64,000 bases of DNA, taken from assembly GCA_963664225.1 (NCBI GenBank), contig OY760937.1, forward strand, positions 1,120,001 to 1,184,000. Direction: 5' to 3'. The notes below the pieces were generated by a model. The model was not told where the DNA came from and did no database searches. It worked only from the letters and a program-made list of their open reading frames with translations. This document shows positions 9,234-18,647 of this stretch, one piece after another (positions within the stretch are counted from its first letter, which is position 1; every line of letters starts with the position of its first letter). The translations under genes and the position numbers were made by a program. The stretch is from Verrucomicrobiia bacterium. Lineage in GTDB: Bacteria > Verrucomicrobiota > Verrucomicrobiia > Limisphaerales > UBA1319.

Positions 9234-9974
9234 CTACGACTTCAAAGTTTTGACAGGTTTTTCCTTTTTAGGATGATCCACGGAGACTTTCTCGAATTTT
9301 AACCATTCGAGCGCCCGGCGTGCAAGGGATTTTGCGTCTGGCAAGTCCATTTTCTGGCGGATGTGCTCGCAATGAGATTCGATCGTGTTGATACTGACAT
9401 GGAGGCGGGTGGCCATTTCATGCGTGTTCAAACCCTGACCTATCAATTCGAACACCTCCAGTTCGCGGTCGCTCAATCGCTCAACTGTCTGCCCAGTGGC
9501 GCTTCCATGGTTCTCCAGCATGTTGCAAGCCATCGCCTGGGCTATGGAAGGGCTGACATAGGGTCTTCCGGAAAGCACCGTGCGGCACCCTTCAAACATA
9601 TTTGCCGGACTGTCGTTTTTTGAGAGAAAACCACGTGCTCCCGCGCGGAGGGTTCGTTCCGCGAAGAATGGATCTTCGTGCATGGTTAGCACAACGATAG
9701 GCAGTCCGGGACAGCGGTTCTTAAAATCCCGGATAAGTTCGAGTCCGGCGCCGATTTCCAGCAGCATATCCGCCAGGACAAGGTCGGGCTTGAGGCTTTC
9801 TGCAGCGGACAGGGCTTCCTGGAGGATTCCATATTCGCCGCACACGGTAAAGTCGGGTTCGGCATTAAGCAGGAGTTTGATGCCCTCGCGGATAATCGGA
9901 TGGTCGTCCACGAGTAGGACGCGGGCTTTGCCCGACCTGATTGGACAGTTGTTTTTCGAGGCTCCAGACATCAT
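9234..9974 (-). CDS. NarL/FixJ-family response regulator (REC plus LuxR HTH)
   Basis: LVDDHPIIREG and LSDRELEVFELIGQG...TIESH. Confidence 0.93.
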   Translation of the reverse strand: MMSGASKNNCPIRSGKARVLLVDDHPIIREGIKLLLNAEPDFTVCGEYGILQEALSAAESLKPDLVLADMLLEIGAGLELIRDFKNRCPGLPIVVLTMHEDPFFAERTLRAGARGFLSKNDSPANMFEGCRTVLSGRPYVSPSIAQAMACNMLENHGSATGQTVERLSDRELEVFELIGQGLNTHEMATRLHVSINTIESHCEHIRQKMDLPDAKSLARRALEWLKFEKVSVDHPKKEKPVKTLKS

Positions 9975-10286
9975 TTACTTTTGTTGCGATGGGACGTTGA
10001 AACGGCGGCATTATATCAGGCTGCTTTGCTTCATCAGCCGGTTGTTGATGCAATCTTGCATGGGATTGCACAAAGGGCAGTCCCCGGTTTCGCAATTTTT
10101 AATCCGTTGCCTGCCAAGCCTTCAGGACGACTGCGCAAATGGACATGTCTCGCACAGCAACCAGAATGCCGCTCATAATATGCGACTCCTCCAAACTGTT
10201 TTGGTTTCCGCACAAGCTGTAATGTATTAATCAATGTAATGAACAAACCTCGTTTGTCAAAAAAGGATGGGATTCAAAATAAAAAC

Positions 10287-11375
10287 TTACGATGCTCCAA
10301 GCCACAAATCGATCGGTTTATTAACCTTGGGATGGAAAGGCAGCGGCACCCGTCGTCCAGTTCCAGCCGATTCATAGGCGGCCAGCATAAGTTCCATTAC
10401 CGCGCGGCCATCTTCGCCGGTGACCATGGGCTGTTTGTCATCACGAACGCACTCGATGAAGTGTTTCAGTTCATGCGGATAACCTTGGTTGAAGGCTTCC
10501 TCGAAAATCGTAAAACTCCAGCCTTGTGTTGAGCCCGCTTTTTCCATGGCGTAACCATAACCCTTTTCGCTGAACGTCAGCGCCGAGTTGCCGACAAACA
10601 GGTCCGCATAGATCACTCCACCGGTGCCATAAACCTCGATGCGGTCATCCATGCCGCCTTGCTTGGCCCAGCTATTCTCGGCCACACCGATCGCGCCGGT
10701 ATCGAATTCGACAATGATGAGGGAATTGTCTTCCGCTTTGGTTCTCGCCGAATGGTGGATCGATGCCATATGCGCATAGGCACTGACCGGTTTGACTTTC
10801 GCTCCCAACATCCAGCGGAACCATCCCAGGCCATGGCAGCCCATGTCCATGACCGCGCCACCGCCGGATTGTTCGATGTTGTAAAACCAATCGCTATGCG
10901 GGCCCGAGTGTTTTTCGCACTGCCTCAATTGGAAGATTTTGCCCACAGCCCCTTCATTGACCACTTTTCGAACGCGCTCGTATTTGGGCGCAAAGCAAAG
11001 CTCCTCAGCGTACATGAGTTTGCAGTGATTAGCCTTGCAGACGTCAATCATGGCATCGGCTTCCTCCAGATTCATGCACAAGGGCTTTTCGATGATCACG
11101 TGTTTGTGCGCCTTGGCGGCTGCGGTGACCGCGCGCGCATGAAGAAAATTGGGCAGACAGACATCCACAACGTCGCAGTCGGATTCCCCAATGGCCTGAT
11201 CCAAATTAGAAAACCCGCGGGGAATATGGTGTTTTTTGGCCATGGCCTCCGCTTTTTCCGGGTTGCGGGTATAAATGGCGACAACTTCCGCTTCGGGAAT
11301 GAAACGGCGATAGGATTCCAGATGGATGTCGGCGATGAAACCCGCGCCCAGCAAGGTTACTTTGGTTCGGTTCAT
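10287..11375 (-). CDS. Gfo/Idh/MocA family oxidoreductase
   Basis: LGAGFIA, HVIIEKP and GGGAVMDMGCH. Confidence 0.93.
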   Translation of the reverse strand: MNRTKVTLLGAGFIADIHLESYRRFIPEAEVVAIYTRNPEKAEAMAKKHHIPRGFSNLDQAIGESDCDVVDVCLPNFLHARAVTAAAKAHKHVIIEKPLCMNLEEADAMIDVCKANHCKLMYAEELCFAPKYERVRKVVNEGAVGKIFQLRQCEKHSGPHSDWFYNIEQSGGGAVMDMGCHGLGWFRWMLGAKVKPVSAYAHMASIHHSARTKAEDNSLIIVEFDTGAIGVAENSWAKQGGMDDRIEVYGTGGVIYADLFVGNSALTFSEKGYGYAMEKAGSTQGWSFTIFEEAFNQGYPHELKHFIECVRDDKQPMVTGEDGRAVMELMLAAYESAGTGRRVPLPFHPKVNKPIDLWLGAS

Positions 11376-11460
11376 ATCGTGATGATGTTTGTGGTGTGAG
11401 TGTAGTCAATTGCGACAGAATTGTCACGGTGAAAACATTGCCATCGGACAGCTCCCTGAC

Positions 11461-11491
11461 AAAAAAGCCGCCGGTTAAACTCGGCGGCTTT
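11461..11491 (-). terminator. Intrinsic terminator after the DUF1080/ThuA gene
   Basis: Minus strand AAAGCCGCCG-AGTTTAAC-CGGCGGCTTTTTT: a GC-rich stem followed by a U tract. Confidence 0.85.
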
Positions 11492-11539
11492 ATCGCAATG
11501 GACTTATTGGAAAGCCCGTTTTATTCGACAGGTTGCAGC

Positions 11540-13084
11540 TTACTTAGGGAGCCAGGGGGCCGGAATGGATTTCTGGTCATCCACGGGTTTGAGGTTGTAT
11601 TTCATGTCATCCGGTTCGATTTTTGTGACCACACCATCGGCCGGAACTTCCATTTTTGCGGTCCACAAAAACGCATTTAACAGGAGTTTACGGCAATCCT
11701 CGTTGGCCCAGGATTTGTGGAAATGGCCTCCGGTGTATCCGAAACCGCGGCCGCCATCCGAACGTTGCTTGGCCCAGGCTAAAATTTCCGAGCGACCCGG
11801 AAATTCCTTGGCAGCGGCCGTACCCCTAGTTTGATCGGGAGGAGTGGCCTTGAGGATGGGGGTAAAACCGGACTGTTCGGCGGGAAACTGGATGTTGTAA
11901 TACCATTCGTCATTGAGTTTGAAGGGCTTCACTCCATGCGTGATGGGATGCTCGGGCAGGTTCGTGAAATCCGCCTCCCACATGGGATTCGTCGAATAAC
12001 CCGTTTCGTAATACCCGCCGATCCAGTGTGTCAATTCAGCGCCACCTTTGTTCTTGGGCACTTCCACCGTGTAATGAACGCAGGCCAATCCAACGCCTTT
12101 TTTCATCAATGCATCGAGGATTGCGAGATGGTCTTTCTGGATGAGCGCATTGCCATCGCCGCCATCCATGAAAAACACGATCGAATCGGCATTGTCAAAG
12201 GCGGTGATGTCCTTGGGCCAGCCGTTATTGTTGAGATAGGCTTGGGCGATGACCCCGGGAACCTGATCGAGACAATGTTTCCATAATGCGACTCCCGCGT
12301 CGTGCTCGTGATCTCCAGGACCGTGGCTCACTCCTCCTGCAACCATGACAATTTTGCGGACATCCCCCATGGGCAGGCGCTTGAGTCGGATGTCTTTGAA
12401 TTGAACGGTCATGGCCTTGCCGGCGTGGAGTTGCAGGGCAAGAATCCCGGAACGGGAGCGCTTGCTGACTTGTTCATCAGTGACATCCACTGTGACGTTG
12501 CCATTGATTTTGTGGATCAAATGGTTGCCCTGGGCAATAATGACATATTCATTCCAGTCGCCGGGCTTGATTTGTGATTGGATTGCAGAGCTGTCCCCCA
12601 CAGAGCCAGTGACCTGAATTTTGCCATCCTTGTCGATGGTGACCTTCTGGCCGCGCTCGGCGAGGATGCCCCGGCCCCGTTCTTCATAAAGGATGCCGGA
12701 GTAGGACTTGCCGCATTCCATGTCGCCTTGGTAGCCGCCCGCGACCCAGTTCCCCTCGTGTTTGCTGCGGTATTGAATGCCGGAGTTTCCAAATTTATCG
12801 TCGTTGTTCGAAATCAGGCGATAGGTGGTGCGCAGTTCAAAATCATCGGTCATTCCTTCGCGCCAGATGATGAATGTGTTTCCTTTGGTCGGATTTTCCG
12901 GTGTGGTTTGGCCTGTTATGGCGCCATCCTTGACAGACCAGAACGCGGGATCCCCATCCCAGCCGCTCAAATCCGTTCCATTAAAGATGCTTTTAAAGCC
13001 GGTTTCATCCTCTGCGAATGCCGGGAGCGCCACGGCGATGACTCCCAGGGCTGCCGTGAGGAGAAGTTGTTTGAGTATTTTCAT
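11540..13084 (-). CDS. Secreted DUF1080 (3-keto-disaccharide hydrolase-like) plus ThuA-like fusion
   Basis: Signal peptide; DUF1080 motifs FNGTDLSGW, NSGIQYRS, WNEY and GILALQLH; then ThuA/glutamine amidotransferase-like motifs SHGPGDHEH, HPITHGVKPF..DEWY and GGRGFGYTGGH. Confidence 0.88.
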   Translation of the reverse strand: MKILKQLLLTAALGVIAVALPAFAEDETGFKSIFNGTDLSGWDGDPAFWSVKDGAITGQTTPENPTKGNTFIIWREGMTDDFELRTTYRLISNNDDKFGNSGIQYRSKHEGNWVAGGYQGDMECGKSYSGILYEERGRGILAERGQKVTIDKDGKIQVTGSVGDSSAIQSQIKPGDWNEYVIIAQGNHLIHKINGNVTVDVTDEQVSKRSRSGILALQLHAGKAMTVQFKDIRLKRLPMGDVRKIVMVAGGVSHGPGDHEHDAGVALWKHCLDQVPGVIAQAYLNNNGWPKDITAFDNADSIVFFMDGGDGNALIQKDHLAILDALMKKGVGLACVHYTVEVPKNKGGAELTHWIGGYYETGYSTNPMWEADFTNLPEHPITHGVKPFKLNDEWYYNIQFPAEQSGFTPILKATPPDQTRGTAAAKEFPGRSEILAWAKQRSDGGRGFGYTGGHFHKSWANEDCRKLLLNAFLWTAKMEVPADGVVTKIEPDDMKYNLKPVDDQKSIPAPWLPK

Positions 13085-13163
13085 ATCGATGGATCAATAA
13101 ATGTCGGAGACCTCATGTGCAAGGTCCCTTGGGCATAATTATCTGACTGTTCTGAGGCTGGTT

Positions 13164-14009
13164 TTATTTAAATGTTTTCTTAAGGAATTTGAGGCCCTTG
13201 ACGGCGATATCTTCGTTGTTGGGTTCAATCTGCCGCCAGATGGCCGCAGCCTTGGCGATGACTTTGACATCCGGAGTGAAGGACTCAATGGCGACATCCT
13301 TATTATAGCGGATCTTCTTCAACGCGGCGCCGGTGGCCACCCAATCGATATGGTCGTTGCCGGGACAGCCGCGGTCACTGCCGCTGGCATGGAAATGCCC
13401 CAGGTTCTTGCCTGCCTTGATTATGGCTTTAATGGGGTCTTTTTCCTCGATGTTCATATGGAAGGTGTCCAAATGAATGGCCAGGGCTGGATTGTTCACA
13501 TCCGCCAGCATGGCAAGCGCCTGATCGCAAGTGTTGATGAAGTCGGTCTCAAACCGGTTCAGCGGTTCGATGGCGATGGTGATGCCCTTGTCCTCGGCTA
13601 TCTTGCAAAGTTTTTTGAGATTCTTGACGACCAGCTTCCATTGGGTCTTTTTGTCCTTGTCGGATACCGCCTCTGCGCGGCCAACGGCGGAATAAGCCGG
13701 CCCGGCAAATGTCGTGCAACCCAGGACAGCCATCTGGTCCATCAGCCCGGTCACGTAATTCATGCTGTTTTGCTGACTCTCGGGCGTGCCTCTCAGGTCG
13801 CGGTCCGGTCCGAAAGCCCCGCACACCGTCCCGCAAACGAGACCGTTTTTATCCAGGGCGTCTTTGACACGCGCCGGATCGATATGGGATGGATCCTCAA
13901 TGGCGAGTTCCGCAGAATCGAAACCCCACTTTTTAAATTGTTTGAAAAGCTTGACGCTTTCAGTTGTGAATGGAGAGGTAAACAGAAATGTGTTTATGCC
14001 GAATCTCAT
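13164..14009 (-). CDS. Sugar epimerase, D-tagatose/D-psicose 3-epimerase family (xylose-isomerase-like TIM barrel)
   Basis: EPLNRFET, HLDTFHMNIEE, HFHASGSDRGCPG and IESF. Start moved to MRFGINT at 14009. Confidence 0.88.
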   Translation of the reverse strand: MRFGINTFLFTSPFTTESVKLFKQFKKWGFDSAELAIEDPSHIDPARVKDALDKNGLVCGTVCGAFGPDRDLRGTPESQQNSMNYVTGLMDQMAVLGCTTFAGPAYSAVGRAEAVSDKDKKTQWKLVVKNLKKLCKIAEDKGITIAIEPLNRFETDFINTCDQALAMLADVNNPALAIHLDTFHMNIEEKDPIKAIIKAGKNLGHFHASGSDRGCPGNDHIDWVATGAALKKIRYNKDVAIESFTPDVKVIAKAAAIWRQIEPNNEDIAVKGLKFLKKTFK

Positions 14010-14056
14010 AGGTGGTTTGGTTTTTTCGAAAAATACCGCAGAACGAATGGGAGTCA

Positions 14057-16066
14057 ATGAATATTCAAACATTCCATCGCTTTTTCATGCGATCTTTATT
14101 TTGCGCATACGCGCTTCTGGTCGCCGTAATGGCATCTGAAACCCAGCCCGGCGAGGCCGCGGTCAAGGGGCGGTTTTCCCAACCGGACAAAAAGGGCATG
14201 CCTGGCTTGTATGTATGGACGGACCTGTGCAACGTCTATGTCCTACGCGAGGGCGATACGGCGTTGCTGGTGGACTTGGGGGATGGCAGCGTGCTGGAAC
14301 ACCTCGGGGAAATCGGCGTTCATTCGGTCGAATGGGTGCTGTTCACCCATCATCATCGCGAGCAATGCCAGGGGTACGGGCGGTTGAAAGGTTGGCATCC
14401 GAAAATCGGCGTTCCCGACGCGGAGCTGACCCTGTTCGAGCACCCGAATGATTTTCGTAAAATGCATCCTTCATTGGCGGATCCGTTCACCGTATATGGA
14501 TCGAGTTATGTGCGTCCTCCCATCGAATCGGTGACCGTGGACCGGTCCTTTCAAGGTATGGATATGTTTCGTTGGCGCGGGCATCAATTCTGGTGCGTGG
14601 ACACACGGGGGAATAGTCCGGGCGGGATGTCCTATCTGTATAAAACTCAAGACCGGTGGCGGGCATTTTCCGGGGATGTGATGCTTGCAGGTGCGCGCCT
14701 GCACAACTGGTTCGATTCGGAGTGGGATTACGGATTTGGAGCCGGAATTTACGCATTGGCTAGGTCAGCCGCCACTTTACGCAATCTCGATCCGGAAATA
14801 CTTCTGCCAGCGCATGGCGACATGATTCGGGAGCCTATCAAGACCTTGGGAGATTTCGATGGAAAGCTCCGTAGGCTTGAGAAACTCTATTTGCGCGGCT
14901 ACGAGCTGAACACCTTTGCGGAGGCCAGTCAGGACCCTGTATCCAGGCCCACGCTCGTGACCGACCTGTGGCAAATCTCACCGCATTTGTTCAAATTCAA
15001 GGGGATCAATTCCTGGCCGAATTTCGGATTGATCCTTTCGGATTCGGGGCGGGCTCTGGTGGTGGACTGCGGATTGCTGGACGTCGGGTATTTAGATCGG
15101 GCGCTGGAGGGCATGAAGTCGCAGTTTGGTCTCAAATCAGTCGATGCAGTGGTCATCACACACATGCATGGGGATCATTTCCTGGAAGTGCCGCATTTAC
15201 AGAAAAAATGGGGCGCGTCTGTGTGGGGCCTGGAGTGTATGCAGGGCCCGTGCGAAACGCCGGAGCGGTATGATTACGCGGCTTCAATAAACGCTTATGG
15301 CAGGGAATTCAGCGCGATTCATTTCGATCGACTGTTCAAATCGGGCGAGACCTTTGCATGGGAGGGTTTTGTTTTTACAGTGGATTGGATGCCCGGGCAG
15401 ACGGAATTCGCCTTGTGCCTCCATGGTCGGATCGACGGTCGCACGGTGGCATTCACCGGGGACAATATTTTGGGCAATCCACGCGATTCGCGGCAATCCG
15501 GTCACGAAGCGGTGGTCGCGCATAATGGCAGCGTGCTGGAGGAAGGTTACATTTATGGATCGCAATATTTGCTCGAACTGAAGCCTGACTTGCTGGTAGG
15601 CGGCCACTCTTGGGTGATGGATCAGCCGGGTGCCTTGCTGAAGCGTTATCACCGATGGTCCCTGGACATGCGTTCCGCCTTCAAGGATCTTCTTTGCACA
15701 GAGGACTACCGATACGGTTACGATCCGTTCTGGGTAAGGGCCGAACCTTACCGCACGCGCATTGGGCCCGCCGGGGATCAGACGGTGAGGGTTCATTTGA
15801 GGAATTTTAAGAAAACTCCGCAGGTTCATCGCATTGAATTCCATAGTCCGCAGGGGATCAAAGTGGAACCCGCGGTGATCACAGGCCAACTGCCCGGCCA
15901 AAGCCGGGGTCAGTGGCCGATAAGGATTCACGCGGAGACGTCAGCGAGCCAGGGCGTGCAAATGATTGCAATGGACGTAACTACCGACGGTCACCGCTAT
16001 GGGGAATGGTTTGATTTTGTAGTGCAAGTGGATGGCGCCCAATCAGGCGGTGTTGACTCAAAGTAA
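14057..16066 (+). CDS. Exported tandem metallo-beta-lactamase-fold hydrolase with C-terminal Ig-like domain
   Basis: Two MBL modules (FTHHHREQ...FSGD...PAHG and ITHMHGDH...FTGD...GGH) and a hydrophobic N-terminus. Start 14057 or 14087. Confidence 0.82.
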   Translation: MNIQTFHRFFMRSLFCAYALLVAVMASETQPGEAAVKGRFSQPDKKGMPGLYVWTDLCNVYVLREGDTALLVDLGDGSVLEHLGEIGVHSVEWVLFTHHHREQCQGYGRLKGWHPKIGVPDAELTLFEHPNDFRKMHPSLADPFTVYGSSYVRPPIESVTVDRSFQGMDMFRWRGHQFWCVDTRGNSPGGMSYLYKTQDRWRAFSGDVMLAGARLHNWFDSEWDYGFGAGIYALARSAATLRNLDPEILLPAHGDMIREPIKTLGDFDGKLRRLEKLYLRGYELNTFAEASQDPVSRPTLVTDLWQISPHLFKFKGINSWPNFGLILSDSGRALVVDCGLLDVGYLDRALEGMKSQFGLKSVDAVVITHMHGDHFLEVPHLQKKWGASVWGLECMQGPCETPERYDYAASINAYGREFSAIHFDRLFKSGETFAWEGFVFTVDWMPGQTEFALCLHGRIDGRTVAFTGDNILGNPRDSRQSGHEAVVAHNGSVLEEGYIYGSQYLLELKPDLLVGGHSWVMDQPGALLKRYHRWSLDMRSAFKDLLCTEDYRYGYDPFWVRAEPYRTRIGPAGDQTVRVHLRNFKKTPQVHRIEFHSPQGIKVEPAVITGQLPGQSRGQWPIRIHAETSASQGVQMIAMDVTTDGHRYGEWFDFVVQVDGAQSGGVDSK

Positions 16067-16107
16067 CGCTTGCCGATTCGGTGAAATCCAAGAAACTGAG
16101 GGGAGTT

Positions 16108-16386
16108 ATGAAATACGTTTGGATTTTACTCTTGGGACTGGCGCTGGTGGGCTGTCAAACAACCTCGCGCACGTTCAATAAAATCAAGCCCGGCATGTCG
16201 CGTGCGGATGTTGTGGCCATCCTGGGACAGCCTGAGTCTGTGTCCAGGGTCAGGGATACGGAGGTGATGCGCTATCAGATCAAGGAAACCATAAACGAAT
16301 GGTACCCGGATACCTATTATGTGCAGTTGCGCAACGGCCAGGTGATTTCTTCTGGACCGCTGAATTCCTTTCCCGCTTCATACTGA
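16108..16386 (+). CDS. SmpA/OmlA (BamE)-like small lipoprotein
   Basis: Lipobox LALVGC, IKPGMSRADVVAILGQP, and GGGAG SD before ATG 16108. Confidence 0.8.
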   Translation: MKYVWILLLGLALVGCQTTSRTFNKIKPGMSRADVVAILGQPESVSRVRDTEVMRYQIKETINEWYPDTYYVQLRNGQVISSGPLNSFPASY

Positions 16387-16397
16387 TTATCTGACAA

Positions 16398-18494
16398 ATG
16401 AGCCTTGCGACGCCTCAGGATTGCGAAACGACCTCCTTCCGATCGCCAGCCGAGTTGCATATCGATTACGAGCGGGATCTTAATCCTGAGCAATATGCGG
16501 CGGTGATTGCCCCTCCGGGGCCAGCGTTGGTTCTCGCGGGGGCAGGGGCGGGCAAGACGCGCACTTTGATCTATCGGGTCGCCTATCTGCTGGAACAGGG
16601 TATTCCGGCCGACCGCATTTTGTTGCTTACATTCACGAACAAAGCGGCCCGGGAGATGATGCGGCGGGTGTCCGAACTCTTGGATGGCGCCGGACAGGCT
16701 TTATGGGGCGGAACTTTTCATTCCGTTGGCAACCGATTGTTGCGCCGCCATGCCGATGCCCTGGGGTTTTACCCGGATTTCAGCATTCTGGACAGCGACG
16801 ATGCCAAGCATTTGATTGGCGTCTGCCTGACGGAGAGCGATCTGAAAAAGACCGATAAACATTTTCCAAAAACAGAGGTTCTGGCGTCCATTTTCTCGCT
16901 TGGCATCAACACATGCGCGCCGATTCACAGGGTGCTTGAGAAACGGTTTCCACATTTCATTCATTTCGGGAAGGAGATCAAAGAGCTGCACGAAATGTAT
17001 CAGGAGCGCAAAAAGGCTTCCAATGCGATGGACTATGACGACTTGCTGGATCTGTGGCTGAAATTGCTGCAATCACGCAAAGATATGTGCGAGAGATACC
17101 AGCGGCAGTTCCAGTTCATTCTGGTCGATGAATATCAGGACACCAATCAAATCCAGGGCGATGTCGTGGATTTGCTTGGCGCGCGCCATCATAACATCAT
17201 GGCCGTGGGGGATGATTCCCAAAGCATCTACTCGTGGCGCGGCGCCAATTTCCGAAACATTCTCGATTTTCCAAACAAACATCCGGGAACCAGGATCTAC
17301 AAGATTGAAAAGAATTACCGCAGCACGCCGGAGATTCTGGAATTGGCCAATCAAGCCATCTCGGCCAACACGAACCAATTTCCGAAGGAATTGGCGGCCG
17401 TCCGCAAATCGGGTGCCAAACCGGTATTGGTAAAATGTGAGGACGCCTTCCAACAGGCGCAGTTTGTGGCGGACCGCATCAGGGAGCTGCGCGAGCAGGG
17501 CGTTTCCATGTCGGAAGTGGCGGTGCTTTACCGGGCCCATTTTCACGCAATGGAGCTTCAGATGGAATTCGTGCGCCAGCACATTCCCATGGCGATCACG
17601 AGCGGAGTGCGCTTTTTTGAGCAAGCCCACATCAAGGACGTAGTGGCGTGGCTTAAGCTCGTGGCCAATCCCAGGGATGAAATGGCCTTTAAGCGCATCC
17701 TGCAGCAATTGCCGGGAGTGGGTCCCAAAGCTGCGGACAAATTGTGGCAGGCCTTTCAATCCACAGTGGTCCCAAAGAAATCAGACGGCCCCGTTGCCAA
17801 TGTGCTTCCGACTCGAAAAGACAAGGGACGCCCCAGCGTAATTGGCGCAATGCCGGCTGAGGATTTAAGCCCAATGGCTCAACGCGCTGCGAATTGCGCT
17901 TCGGCGATGCCCAAAAAGGCCCAGTCTCTTTGGCCAGCCATTGCCGCAACCCTTGTCGATCTGGCCGATCCCCGGATCTGCAGCACTCCCGGGGCAATGA
18001 TCGAACATGTCCTGAACTCCGGATATGCGGAATATTTGAAGGTGACCTATGAGAACAGTGAATTGCGAATGGAGGATGTTCGCCAATTGATCGAGTTCTC
18101 TGGAAAATACAATGATTTGAGCGATTTTCTGGCGGAACTCTCCCTGCAAACCAATGTGGAAGCCCAGGAGAACACTCAAACGGTGGACGATAACGACAAG
18201 GTGCGTCTATCCACGATTCACCAAGCCAAGGGTTTGGAATACCATGCCGTATTTGTCATTATGCTCTGCGACGGCCTGTTCCCGAGCGCAAAATCCCAGG
18301 AATCGCCAGACATGGAGGAAGAGGAGCGACGGCTTTTTTATGTGGCCATCACGCGCGCGCGCAATGAGCTTTACCTGTGCTATCCGCAATTCAGACAGAG
18401 CGGGGGCTGGCAGGATGGGTATCAATTGCCATCGCGTTTTTTATCTGAAATCAAAGGGAAAAACCTGGATAAATGGTCTTCCGAGAAAGATTGA
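16398..18494 (+). CDS. UvrD/PcrA/Rep family SF1 ATP-dependent DNA helicase
   Basis: LNPEQ, AGAGAGKT, TFTNKAA, VDEYQD, VGDDSQSIYSWRGA, NYRS, TIHQAKGLEY and EERRLFYVAITRA. Confidence 0.95.
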   Translation: MSLATPQDCETTSFRSPAELHIDYERDLNPEQYAAVIAPPGPALVLAGAGAGKTRTLIYRVAYLLEQGIPADRILLLTFTNKAAREMMRRVSELLDGAGQALWGGTFHSVGNRLLRRHADALGFYPDFSILDSDDAKHLIGVCLTESDLKKTDKHFPKTEVLASIFSLGINTCAPIHRVLEKRFPHFIHFGKEIKELHEMYQERKKASNAMDYDDLLDLWLKLLQSRKDMCERYQRQFQFILVDEYQDTNQIQGDVVDLLGARHHNIMAVGDDSQSIYSWRGANFRNILDFPNKHPGTRIYKIEKNYRSTPEILELANQAISANTNQFPKELAAVRKSGAKPVLVKCEDAFQQAQFVADRIRELREQGVSMSEVAVLYRAHFHAMELQMEFVRQHIPMAITSGVRFFEQAHIKDVVAWLKLVANPRDEMAFKRILQQLPGVGPKAADKLWQAFQSTVVPKKSDGPVANVLPTRKDKGRPSVIGAMPAEDLSPMAQRAANCASAMPKKAQSLWPAIAATLVDLADPRICSTPGAMIEHVLNSGYAEYLKVTYENSELRMEDVRQLIEFSGKYNDLSDFLAELSLQTNVEAQENTQTVDDNDKVRLSTIHQAKGLEYHAVFVIMLCDGLFPSAKSQESPDMEEEERRLFYVAITRARNELYLCYPQFRQSGGWQDGYQLPSRFLSEIKGKNLDKWSSEKD

Positions 18495-18647
18495 TCCAAT
18501 GATTCCGATGATCGCGGTCGGCAGAAAGAGCAGGGGATTCTTCATTTCCCACCCTGCCCATGGACAGTCTATAAAGCCTTAAAACCCGTTCCCAGCCGCG
18601 GTAATTCGCGCGCTGAGATCCCGCCTCCAATTCTCGGCCACGCACTT

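Noticed and set aside
9980..10280. Possible c-di-GMP or other riboswitch upstream of the response regulators
   Set aside because: Only short hairpins such as TGCAATC/GATTGCA; no conserved aptamer motifs recognised.
13101..14060. 319-aa plus-strand ORF
   Set aside because: Antisense shadow of the epimerase gene with no recognisable motifs.
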